IMG/VR virus record: IMGVR_UViG_3300032229_000533
Span: 96,001 to 160,000 of that record
Source of the DNA: a virus
Direction: 5' to 3' (one strand)
DNA: 64,000 bases
The notes beneath the pieces are model-generated. The model searched no databases, was not told the origin of the DNA, and saw nothing but the letters and a program-made list of their open reading frames with translations. This document shows, one piece after another, positions 47,785-54,238 of this stretch (the stretch's first letter is position 1; each line of letters begins with the position of its first letter). A program made the translations under genes and the position numbers.

Positions 47785-48090
47785 TGAGGTTGAGACCCTC
47801 TGTGTTGTAGTGTACGATTATGTTTTCCATAATTCAAGTAATGTCACTCATCTTTATATCTCCTTTCTCAAGGGAACAACACAATATTGTTGATAATGAT
47901 GGAGTACCCGTCTCGCTCCAATCTTAAGTGCTTCTTCAGTTTTACGAGGTCCTCGGCACTGTCCTTTTCAGGGGGTGATGAATTCCAATTCCATTCTGAA
48001 GAGTCGACCTTCGTTGAATGGGGAAAACCATTATCAATTCCTTTCGTCGGGGGAGTAGGTCACCAACTTCTTTAACCCCTACTCCCCCAC
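47785..48090 (-). ncRNA. unclassified structured RNA (module A)
   Basis: Perfect 11-bp stem 48049-48059/48078-48088; CTTCAG/CTGAAG, CGAG/CTCG, GGAG/CTCC, GTGTTGT/ACAACAC. Confidence 0.55.
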
Positions 48091-48097
48091 ATTATTG

Positions 48098-48169
48098 TAG
48101 TCGGTACGGGAATCGAACCCGTCTTTTATCCGTGAAAGGGATATGTCCTAACCGATAGACTAACCGACC
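48098..48169 (-). tRNA. tRNA-Glu(TTC)
   Basis: TATCC-CTTTCAC-GGATA arm. Confidence 0.92.
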
Positions 48170-48176
48170 AATTGTG

Positions 48177-48249
48177 TAGTCCCTGTAGGACTCGAACCTA
48201 CGACTGCTTGCATGTAAGGCAAGAGCTCTACCAACTGAGCTAAAGGACT
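48177..48249 (-). tRNA. tRNA-Val(TAC)
   Basis: CTTGC-CTTACAT-GCAAG arm. Confidence 0.92.
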
Positions 48250-48262
48250 ATTTTTTTCCAAC

Positions 48263-48274
48263 ATGTCAAAGACC
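48263..48274 (-). promoter_or_regulatory. boxA-like antitermination element
   Basis: GGTCTTTGACAT, near-identical to the copy at 51610-51621; resembles rRNA-operon boxA. Confidence 0.6.
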
Positions 48275-48294
48275 TATTTTGTTTTTCAACGATA

Positions 48295-48302
48295 CAAAGG
48301 TA
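48295..48302 (-). promoter_or_regulatory. Bacteroidetes-type -7 promoter element (TACCTTTG)
   Basis: Matches TAnnTTTG upstream of a tRNA sub-operon. Confidence 0.65.
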
Positions 48303-48334
48303 ATACATTTTTTTTAAAGTTTTGGACTAAAAAC

Positions 48335-48371
48335 AAAAAACCCCAAACTTTTTTTCAAAGTTCGGGGTTTT
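48335..48371 (-). terminator. intrinsic terminator (attenuator 1)
   Basis: CCCCGAACTT/AAGTTTGGGG stem followed by TTTTTTGTTTTT. Confidence 0.85.
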
Positions 48372-48422
48372 AATATCTTGTTATTTCTAACTTGTTATTA
48401 ACGTACTACCTTATATCCGAAC

Positions 48423-48506
48423 TCAATTTTGCATATGACGATACCAGCTACAGAATACCTCTTGTTGCTTAATAACCGACGACATATGTTTAATTGATGT
48501 TCTCAT
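48423..48506 (-). CDS. 27-aa putative leader peptide 1
   Basis: MRTSIKHMSSVIKQQEVFCSWYRHMQN*; stop codon overlaps candidate antiterminator strand GAGTTCGG (48417-48424). Confidence 0.6.
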   Translation of the reverse strand: MRTSIKHMSSVIKQQEVFCSWYRHMQN

Positions 48507-48569
48507 TGTTTTATAATTATTACAATAATACGAAAAGTTTCGTATTTGTCAAATATTTTTTTGTTTTAG

Positions 48570-48642
48570 TACCCCAAGAGGGATTCGAACCCTCAAAAAC
48601 TTGTTCCTAAGACAAGCGTGTATACCGTTCCACCATCGGGGT
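48570..48642 (-). tRNA. tRNA-Leu(TAG), short variable loop
   Basis: CTTGT-CTTAGGA-ACAAG arm; 5-nt variable region; A73. Confidence 0.85.
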
Positions 48643-48648
48643 GTTCAT

Positions 48649-48736
48649 CACATCGTACAGGCATTCTACTCCCAGCTCCGAGGAATTGTATCTAACTTAG
48701 CCCTTCTCCACCGCTGTATGGGTACCTGAGGATATG
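48649..48736 (-). ncRNA. unclassified rod-like structured RNA (module F)
   Basis: Nested CATATC/GATGTG, CAGGTA/TGCCTG and CAGC/GCTG helices. Confidence 0.45.
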
Positions 48737-48742
48737 ATTTTG

Positions 48743-48816
48743 TATCCCCGATTGGATTCGAACCAATGACCCACAGCTTAGAAGGCTGTTGCTCTATCCA
48801 ACTGAGCTACGGAGAC
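48743..48816 (-). tRNA. tRNA-Arg(TCT)
   Basis: ACAGC-CTTCTAA-GCTGT arm. Confidence 0.92.
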
Positions 48817-48825
48817 ATATTTTTG

Positions 48826-48913
48826 TGGTACCGAGAGCGGGACTCGAACCCGCACGAACATTACTGTCCAAGGGATTTTAAGTCCCTCGTGTCTACCTTT
48901 TCACCACCTCGGC
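48826..48913 (-). tRNA. tRNA-Leu(TAA)
   Basis: AGGGA-CTTAAAA-TCCCT arm, long variable arm, CCA encoded. Confidence 0.92.
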
Positions 48914-48961
48914 GTCTTGTTTTGTTGTACAAATATAGGAAATAAAATTGGATACTACAAC

Positions 48962-49681
48962 TTATAGAGAAAAATTTTCTTCAAATAATGTATTTGAATC
49001 ATTTTCTTCTGTGTTGTAAGTGTGTTCTAATTCAACGGTTGAATTGTTGAAATTAAAGATGAATCGTCCGTCAGAACCTTCGTTGATTTCCCAACCACCG
49101 AAATGACTTTCAAGTTGACTATAACACCAATCTTCAATTGAGGCAGGAACTGCATCACTTGTTTCATCAAATGAACTTTCAATATAACCAGAATCTCCAC
49201 CACCATTGTAACTTAGAGTTAGGATACCATCACTTGGAACTTCAACATCTTGCATGTCTTCTTCCATCCACTTATCAAATCTTGATTTATCCTCGTCAGA
49301 ATCATACTCAACTGTATTACCATCACCTCTATCGTAATATGAATAATTGTGAGTTACGGTAAGTTCTTTTCTCTTACAATCAATTTCAATATCAATGTTT
49401 TGATAACTCATTGTATCCATATCAGGAGATTCATATGCACCCTCAGAAATAACATGATTCATTACTTTTTTAAGAATTGGTGTCAATCCGTCAGGTAACT
49501 CTGCTCTATAGTTATTTTCAAAATGTTGTATACGTCTCCAATCAATGTCATCATGTGACAAGTCATATTGGTCTGAATCCAATTCAATACTAATTACTCC
49601 TTCTGTCATACCCAATGACGCAAGATAGTTACAAGTTCTGTTTAAGTATTTTTTTTCGTCTGGGGTTAAAATTTCTGCCAT
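48962..49681 (-). CDS. conserved phage protein (DUF6878-like)
   Basis: YNGGGDSGYI..GGWEINEGSDG motifs; start at 49681. Confidence 0.6.
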   Translation of the reverse strand: MAEILTPDEKKYLNRTCNYLASLGMTEGVISIELDSDQYDLSHDDIDWRRIQHFENNYRAELPDGLTPILKKVMNHVISEGAYESPDMDTMSYQNIDIEIDCKRKELTVTHNYSYYDRGDGNTVEYDSDEDKSRFDKWMEEDMQDVEVPSDGILTLSYNGGGDSGYIESSFDETSDAVPASIEDWCYSQLESHFGGWEINEGSDGRFIFNFNNSTVELEHTYNTEENDSNTLFEENFSL

Positions 49682-49692
49682 ATTAATAAATA

Positions 49693-50040
49693 TCAATCTT
49701 CTATTTTAAGTGTCCTCAACATCCATTGAGGTCGTTTATTTTCTAAAATATTGTTCATCCATTCTTTTGCTGATGGTAAATAATTGTTACAATCTTCTTT
49801 TACGTGTTGTTCTCCAACATAACGAGTGTAAACTATTTTTCCATCACTATTAATGAATTCTGGTCCAAACCTTTTTTCCATTTCAAAAATCCCTTCGCTA
49901 TGATGTCTGAACATTCTATGTAAAGAATCTCCCATCCAACCTTTGGTTTCATCTAACCATTCGTGTAAATGAATATAATCTTCAGGTTTACCACCAAACT
50001 TTTTTGCGGAACTTTTTGCATGTATATTAGGATGTGCCAT
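49693..50040 (-). CDS. conserved phage protein (DUF6915-like)
   Basis: MAHP..HAKSSAKKFGG..DY..H.W.D..HRMFRHHSEG..GEQHVKED. Confidence 0.7.
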   Translation of the reverse strand: MAHPNIHAKSSAKKFGGKPEDYIHLHEWLDETKGWMGDSLHRMFRHHSEGIFEMEKRFGPEFINSDGKIVYTRYVGEQHVKEDCNNYLPSAKEWMNNILENKRPQWMLRTLKIED

Positions 50041-50058
50041 ATTTTATTTATTTATTTG

Positions 50059-50132
50059 TGGAGAAGGAGGGACTCGAACCCGCGACTTCTTGAATGCAAA
50101 TCAAGCGCTCTAGCCAACTGAGCTACATCCCC
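50059..50132 (-). tRNA. tRNA-Ala(TGC)
   Basis: G3.U70, loop TTTGCAT. Confidence 0.92.
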
Positions 50133-50140
50133 AAACACTT

Positions 50141-50257
50141 TTAGTATAAACCATCTGTAATTGATTTATAGATAAGTACAACCATTCCGATTGCCCACGC
50201 ACTTACCGCTAATATAATTACGGTGTCTTTCAGTGTAATTTTCTTTAACAACTTCAT
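50141..50257 (-). CDS. 38-aa single-pass membrane peptide (not in ORF track)
   Basis: MKLLKKITLKDTVIILAVSAWAIGMVVLIYKSITDGLY*; TATCTTTG element upstream. Confidence 0.5.
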   Translation of the reverse strand: MKLLKKITLKDTVIILAVSAWAIGMVVLIYKSITDGLY

Positions 50258-50330
50258 AATGTTTTTTTAATGGTTTTCAAAATAGGTTACAAAGATAAAT
50301 AAAAAGGTTTAATTACCAAAAATATTTTTG

Positions 50331-50404
50331 AGCCTCCTGTCGGATTCGAACCAACGACATTCGCATTACAAGTGCGACGCTCTGGCCAACTGAGCTAAGG
50401 AGGC
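50331..50404 (-). tRNA. tRNA-Thr(TGT)
   Basis: TCGCA-CTTGTAA-TGCGA arm. Confidence 0.92.
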
Positions 50405-50410
50405 GTTTTC

Positions 50411-50490
50411 GGTAAAGAATAGTCACGACCACCTCTGTTTCTCTTTACCTGTTATTCAATCGTGGCACAATGTGGTACGACCCTAACTGA
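50411..50490 (-). ncRNA. unclassified two-hairpin RNA (module E)
   Basis: GGTAAAGA/TCTTTACC and GTCGT/ACGAT stems with loop-loop complementarity ACCAC/GTGGT. Confidence 0.45.
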
Positions 50491-50496
50491 ATCTTG

Positions 50497-50570
50497 CGGT
50501 TCGGACGGGACTCGAACCCGCGACCTCCTGCGTGACAGGCAGGCATTCTAACCAGCTGAACTACCGAACC
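50497..50570 (-). tRNA. tRNA-Asp(GTC)
   Basis: CCTGC-CTGTCAC-GCAGG arm. Confidence 0.93.
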
Positions 50571-50574
50571 AAAA

Positions 50575-50780
50575 TTCCCCACCTGAGATTCCAGTGAGTG
50601 GATTTTTCTTCTGTTTTCCTATTGAAAACACGAGACGGTCTTACCCGCACATAAACGTCAAACATACTCGGTGGGTTTGTTACGCCCAGGCTCCGACGAA
50701 CCCCCTCTCTAAAGTCGTGGAAGGCTACAACTATACCATTATTAAGAAACGGTACCAAATCTATTGGGTATCTCTTACCC
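50575..50780 (-). ncRNA. unclassified structured RNA (module D)
   Basis: GC-rich 200-nt spacer with GGGTA/TACCC, CGAC/GTCG, GTTTT/AAAAC and CCAC/GTGG helices. Confidence 0.5.
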
Positions 50781-50784
50781 CTTG

Positions 50785-50857
50785 AGCGGTAGACAGGTCT
50801 CGAACCTGCGACTTCGTACTTGGAAGGAACGCGCTCTACCAACTGAGCTACTACCGC
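50785..50857 (-). tRNA. tRNA-Gly(TCC)
   Basis: Loop CTTCCAA, U73. Confidence 0.9.
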
Positions 50858-51387
50858 ATTATTAAATTGTCATGTATTTCAAAATGACAATTTGAACAAA
50901 CTAACATACACTTATCAACTTCATTTTTTAAGTTTTCAAAACTAAGACTTTTTCCTGATATCTGAAAATCTTTTTCTTTTGGGGTTTTATGATGAAATTG
51001 TAATGCTCTATCACATTTATTATACCCACATATTTCACATTTTCCACCCTTATATTCTATCAATTCACGTTTTTTTCTTTTTCTCCACGATATTACATTT
51101 TCTGAATTTGTTTTAGGAATTTTATCTCTTGTAATAACGTATTTTTTAACTGTTTCAAATGCATGTCCCTTAAGTTTTGCAACTTTTTTCAAAGAACCAA
51201 TTTCATCATACAAAACTTGTAACTCTTTCTTTTCCTCGTCACTCAAAGACACATCCTCACCTCCAAGTTTATGTAAGTTACAATGATAAGATACAGTTGA
51301 CATAGCACAATTCAATTCGTTACAAATTTCTTTATACGTTTTACCTGATTTTCTTAATTCTATAATTTTTTCGGAGTATCTACCCAT
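50851..51387 (-). CDS. HTH-HNH endonuclease (homing-like)
   Basis: N-terminal HTH; GGKCEICGY..ALQFHH..VCSNCHFEIH; stop codon lies inside tRNA-Gly. Confidence 0.82.
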   Translation of the reverse strand: MGRYSEKIIELRKSGKTYKEICNELNCAMSTVSYHCNLHKLGGEDVSLSDEEKKELQVLYDEIGSLKKVAKLKGHAFETVKKYVITRDKIPKTNSENVISWRKRKKRELIEYKGGKCEICGYNKCDRALQFHHKTPKEKDFQISGKSLSFENLKNEVDKCMLVCSNCHFEIHDNLIMR

Positions 51388-51432
51388 AATTAATATTTTA
51401 ATTAATAAATATTAGACACTTCGTAAAAAATG

Positions 51433-51516
51433 CTGGTACGGTAGGATTCGAACCTACGATGTGGTCACCCAGTCAGGTTAACAGCCTGATGCTCTCGGCC
51501 TCTAAGCGACGTACCA
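51433..51516 (-). tRNA. tRNA-Asn(GTT) with long variable arm
   Basis: TCAGG-CTGTTAA-CCTGA arm; 15-nt variable region containing TGG-GTGA-CCA; G73. Confidence 0.85.
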
Positions 51517-51522
51517 ATTATG

Positions 51523-51595
51523 TAGAGTAGACAGGGGTCGAACCTGCACGCACTTGCTCCCAAAGCAAGGGACCTACCAATTGGTCAACTACTCT
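51523..51595 (-). tRNA. tRNA-Pro(TGG)
   Basis: CTTGC-TTTGGGA-GCAAG arm. Confidence 0.9.
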
Positions 51596-51609
51596 ATTTT
51601 ATTTCCCAC

Positions 51610-51621
51610 ATGTCAAAGAAC
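51610..51621 (-). promoter_or_regulatory. boxA-like antitermination element
   Basis: GTTCTTTGACAT upstream of the first tRNA of the unit. Confidence 0.65.
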
Positions 51622-51625
51622 ACTA

Positions 51626-51633
51626 CAAATATA
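51626..51633 (-). promoter_or_regulatory. Bacteroidetes-type -7 promoter element (TATATTTG)
   Basis: Matches TAnnTTTG. Confidence 0.65.
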
Positions 51634-51649
51634 CAAAAGAAAACCTTTA

Positions 51650-51688
51650 AAAACAAAAAACCCCGAACTTTTTATGTTCAGGGTTTTT
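51650..51688 (-). terminator. intrinsic terminator (attenuator 2)
   Basis: CCCTGAAC/GTTCGGGG stem followed by TTTTTTGTTTTT. Confidence 0.85.
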
Positions 51689-51712
51689 AAATTTTGGCTT
51701 CTTAGTATTCCA

Positions 51713-51802
51713 TTATTTAAAGTCTGAACATGAGCATAGAGTGCCTAACCCGTCATTTGTCGGTGTTAAATTCGCTCTATCAAGTGTGTTCAAATTTTTC
51801 AT
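51713..51802 (-). CDS. 29-aa putative leader peptide 2
   Basis: MKNLNTLDRANLTPTNDGLGTLCSCSDFK*; late motif TATTTATA at 51811-51818; contains ATGTTCAG complementary to the terminator 5' arm. Confidence 0.6.
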   Translation of the reverse strand: MKNLNTLDRANLTPTNDGLGTLCSCSDFK

Positions 51803-51844
51803 AATGTTTCTATAAATATAGTCAAAAATTTAAAAAATCAACCC

Positions 51845-52105
51845 CTACAGGTATTTTTTGAATAAATCTTCCAAAGTTTTTTCATCTTCTTGTGAAAGAC
51901 GGTAATATTTTTCTTTCAATAGGTCCATTTTCTCAATGAAAACTCCCTCTAAAACTCCAATGTTTTTTTCAGTATCTTCTACTGCGGATGGACTAATATG
52001 TCCTCCCTCAATTAGAGCTTCAATAAGTTCTTTAATGTCTCGTTTGTTACATGCTGATACAAACTCATCGGCATCAACGTCTACGTATGTGTCAAATTCT
52101 GGCAT
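51845..52105 (-). CDS. hypothetical protein
   Basis: Start MPEFDTY at 52105 downstream of TATATTTG. Confidence 0.6.
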   Translation of the reverse strand: MPEFDTYVDVDADEFVSACNKRDIKELIEALIEGGHISPSAVEDTEKNIGVLEGVFIEKMDLLKEKYYRLSQEDEKTLEDLFKKYL

Positions 52106-52190
52106 GATATGTTTTTTTTTTAAATTGTACAATGCAAATATAAGGACTATTTTGGAACATTCCAACTATTTATTAAGATAAATTATTGAA

Positions 52191-53357
52191 ATGAAGTTAA
52201 ACAGAAAAAACATATTAAAAGAGGGTTTATTTACAAATTTACTTAAAACTTCAGTTAAAACATTACCATCAACTTTCAAATATCTTGATGATATTACAAG
52301 ATTAATGACCCCTGAAGTCAAAGCAATCGCCAACACAACTACACCAGCAATTCTGAATGTAAGTGAAGGAACTGCAAAAAGATTTTATAAAGATTTTTTT
52401 CTATCAACAAACCAATTGTCAAGAAATGCTACTAAAGTTTCAATGGAAGGGTTAACTCAAAAAGGTATTCAAAATTTAATAGGATTGAAAAAAAATATAT
52501 CTGACTTATTAAACTTGACTAATGTGTCTCCTGGTGCAAAAATAGATGCAAAAAACCTAATAAATGTTGTACATAGTACAAAGAATGGGGTTGATAATTT
52601 AGTTAATGAGTTGAAATTAGTTAAACCAAATAGTGCGGATTTAACAGTTGCAAAAGAAATGCAGACACAAATTGATGATGTTATTTCTAAAAATAATACA
52701 ATTTTTAAAAATGCGACCATGGGGACATCTACATCAACTAACCCAAAACCAGTTGTTAAACCAAAAGTCGAGCCAAAATCACTAACTAAACCAAAAGTTG
52801 AACCTAAACCAATAGTTAAACCAAAAGTTGAGCCAAAACCAACGGTTAAAACAAAAGTTGAACCAAAAGTTAAATCATCATCGCCTAAAGTTAAAATACC
52901 TGTGGGAAACTTCAACGAAGTCCAAATTATAAGAGGTTCGTATAACCTTCCAACACAAAAATCTGCACGTTTTGTTGACCAACTGCTTGAAAAATCTTTC
53001 TATGAGGGGTTTGGAAAACGTCACGATATGTGGTCAGATGAAATTATAAATCAATTAACCCCTGAAACAAAAAGTTATTTGTTACAATTGAAAAAAAATC
53101 TTGAAAAAGAAGGTTTGTTGTATACAAATGGATTTACACAAGAATTTAAAAGGTTACCAAAAACGGCAGATGAAGAAATAAAATTACTTTCTGGAAATCA
53201 TTGGGGTGGACTTGGAAGAAGAATGGGTGCACAAAATTCAATCAAATCTTTACCTATCCCAAGCAATAGTGTAATTCAAAATTTATTAGACAAGACAATG
53301 CAATCATCCAAGAAAGAAGAGATTTTGCAACTTTATAAAACTTTGTTTAATAAGTAA
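52191..53357 (+). CDS. hypothetical late protein with KPKVEPK repeats
   Basis: TATTTAT at 52167-52173; NILKE-G leader; repeats at ~52745-52870. Confidence 0.65.
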   Translation: MKLNRKNILKEGLFTNLLKTSVKTLPSTFKYLDDITRLMTPEVKAIANTTTPAILNVSEGTAKRFYKDFFLSTNQLSRNATKVSMEGLTQKGIQNLIGLKKNISDLLNLTNVSPGAKIDAKNLINVVHSTKNGVDNLVNELKLVKPNSADLTVAKEMQTQIDDVISKNNTIFKNATMGTSTSTNPKPVVKPKVEPKSLTKPKVEPKPIVKPKVEPKPTVKTKVEPKVKSSSPKVKIPVGNFNEVQIIRGSYNLPTQKSARFVDQLLEKSFYEGFGKRHDMWSDEIINQLTPETKSYLLQLKKNLEKEGLLYTNGFTQEFKRLPKTADEEIKLLSGNHWGGLGRRMGAQNSIKSLPIPSNSVIQNLLDKTMQSSKKEEILQLYKTLFNK

Positions 53358-53514
53358 ATTTAATTGTATCCCCTTCTGAATAACGAATACCTGAGAAAAT
53401 AACACCTGTTTGTGTTGTGTCACCCAAAGACTTAACTTCGTACTTGTATTGTCCGTTGTCTACTGTTTGACAACACAATACCAAAAATAGTTTAATTCCA
53501 ATTATTGTTTTCAT
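53347..53514 (-). CDS. 55-aa putative secreted peptide (not in ORF track)
   Basis: MKTIIGIKLFLVLCCQTVDNGQYKYEV..., coupled to the upstream ORF. Confidence 0.4.
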   Translation of the reverse strand: MKTIIGIKLFLVLCCQTVDNGQYKYEVKSLGDTTQTGVIFSGIRYSEGDTIKFTY

Positions 53515-53810
53515 TTTGTCAATAACATTAAAATTTTCTCTTTTGCTTCTTCAGTTGTGGAGTTATTTCGTCCACCAATATTCCACTCAATTTCTTCATC
53601 CATCCCAATTACTCGGCGATATTTCCAATCATAAACGGTAATGACTTCAGCGTTATCCAATTCTCTAATCCATTCCATTGTAACTTTTCCGTCACTACTT
53701 CTACCATTGGTCATTTCACCCAATGATTTGATTAATTGATTTGGTGTCGCTTTAAATGTGCTTCCGTGAAAACTCGTTCCGTTTGCGCTTGCTGTTGGCA
53801 TGTGTAACAT
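53511..53810 (-). CDS. conserved phage hypothetical protein
   Basis: GTSFHG..DGKVTMEW..TVYDWK..WNIGG motifs. Confidence 0.6.
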   Translation of the reverse strand: MLHMPTASANGTSFHGSTFKATPNQLIKSLGEMTNGRSSDGKVTMEWIRELDNAEVITVYDWKYRRVIGMDEEIEWNIGGRNNSTTEEAKEKILMLLTK

Positions 53811-53849
53811 AATTTGTTTTTATTAAGGATACAAAGATAATATTTTTTT

Positions 53850-54236
53850 CTAACTTGCCAACTCCTGATTTAACTTTTTTTCCAAACCTGAAATAATATA
53901 TGATGCCGTCATGTAGTTGGTTGCAAGTGGTGTGTTATATACATTACAAATCCTTAACAACATATTCACATCAACTTGGTGGGGATGAACCTCCAATGGG
54001 TCAATAAAGAACACAACCCCTGAGATTTCACCATCGGCAATCATTGATGCAATTTGGGCGTCACCACCAAGTGGTCCTGACTTCATACATTCAACATCCA
54101 ATCCCGCGTGTTCAATATGTTTTCCTGTGGTACCTGTCGCAATAACCTCAACCCTTTTGAAAAAATCCAACCTTTTCATAACAAAGGCAACCATGTCAGC
54201 CTTCTTTCCATCGTGAGCAATAACAGCAATTTTCAT
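53850..54236 (-). CDS. mgsA: methylglyoxal synthase
   Basis: IAVIAHDGKK, ATGTTG, SGPLGGDAQI, DPLEVHPHQVDV, LATN. Confidence 0.93.
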   Translation of the reverse strand: MKIAVIAHDGKKADMVAFVMKRLDFFKRVEVIATGTTGKHIEHAGLDVECMKSGPLGGDAQIASMIADGEISGVVFFIDPLEVHPHQVDVNMLLRICNVYNTPLATNYMTASYIISGLEKKLNQELAS

Positions 54237-54238
54237 AA

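Noticed and set aside
48649-48736. SAM-I riboswitch or SRP RNA
   Set aside because: Only fragments match (GGTGGAG, AATTCC, TCAGGT); GCAACC and the GGAAGGAAGCAGC motif are missing.
42046-50842. ORF-track entries overlapping RNA genes or antisense to real genes (e.g. 36807-37208, 42046-42345, 45569-45820, 46263-46559, 46755-47069, 47322-47558, 47510-47893, 47518-47736, 47887-48075, 50561-50842)
   Set aside because: They overlap tRNAs, tmRNA or structured RNA or are antisense to better ORFs, have no recognisable motifs and lack either promoter class; treated as shadow ORFs.
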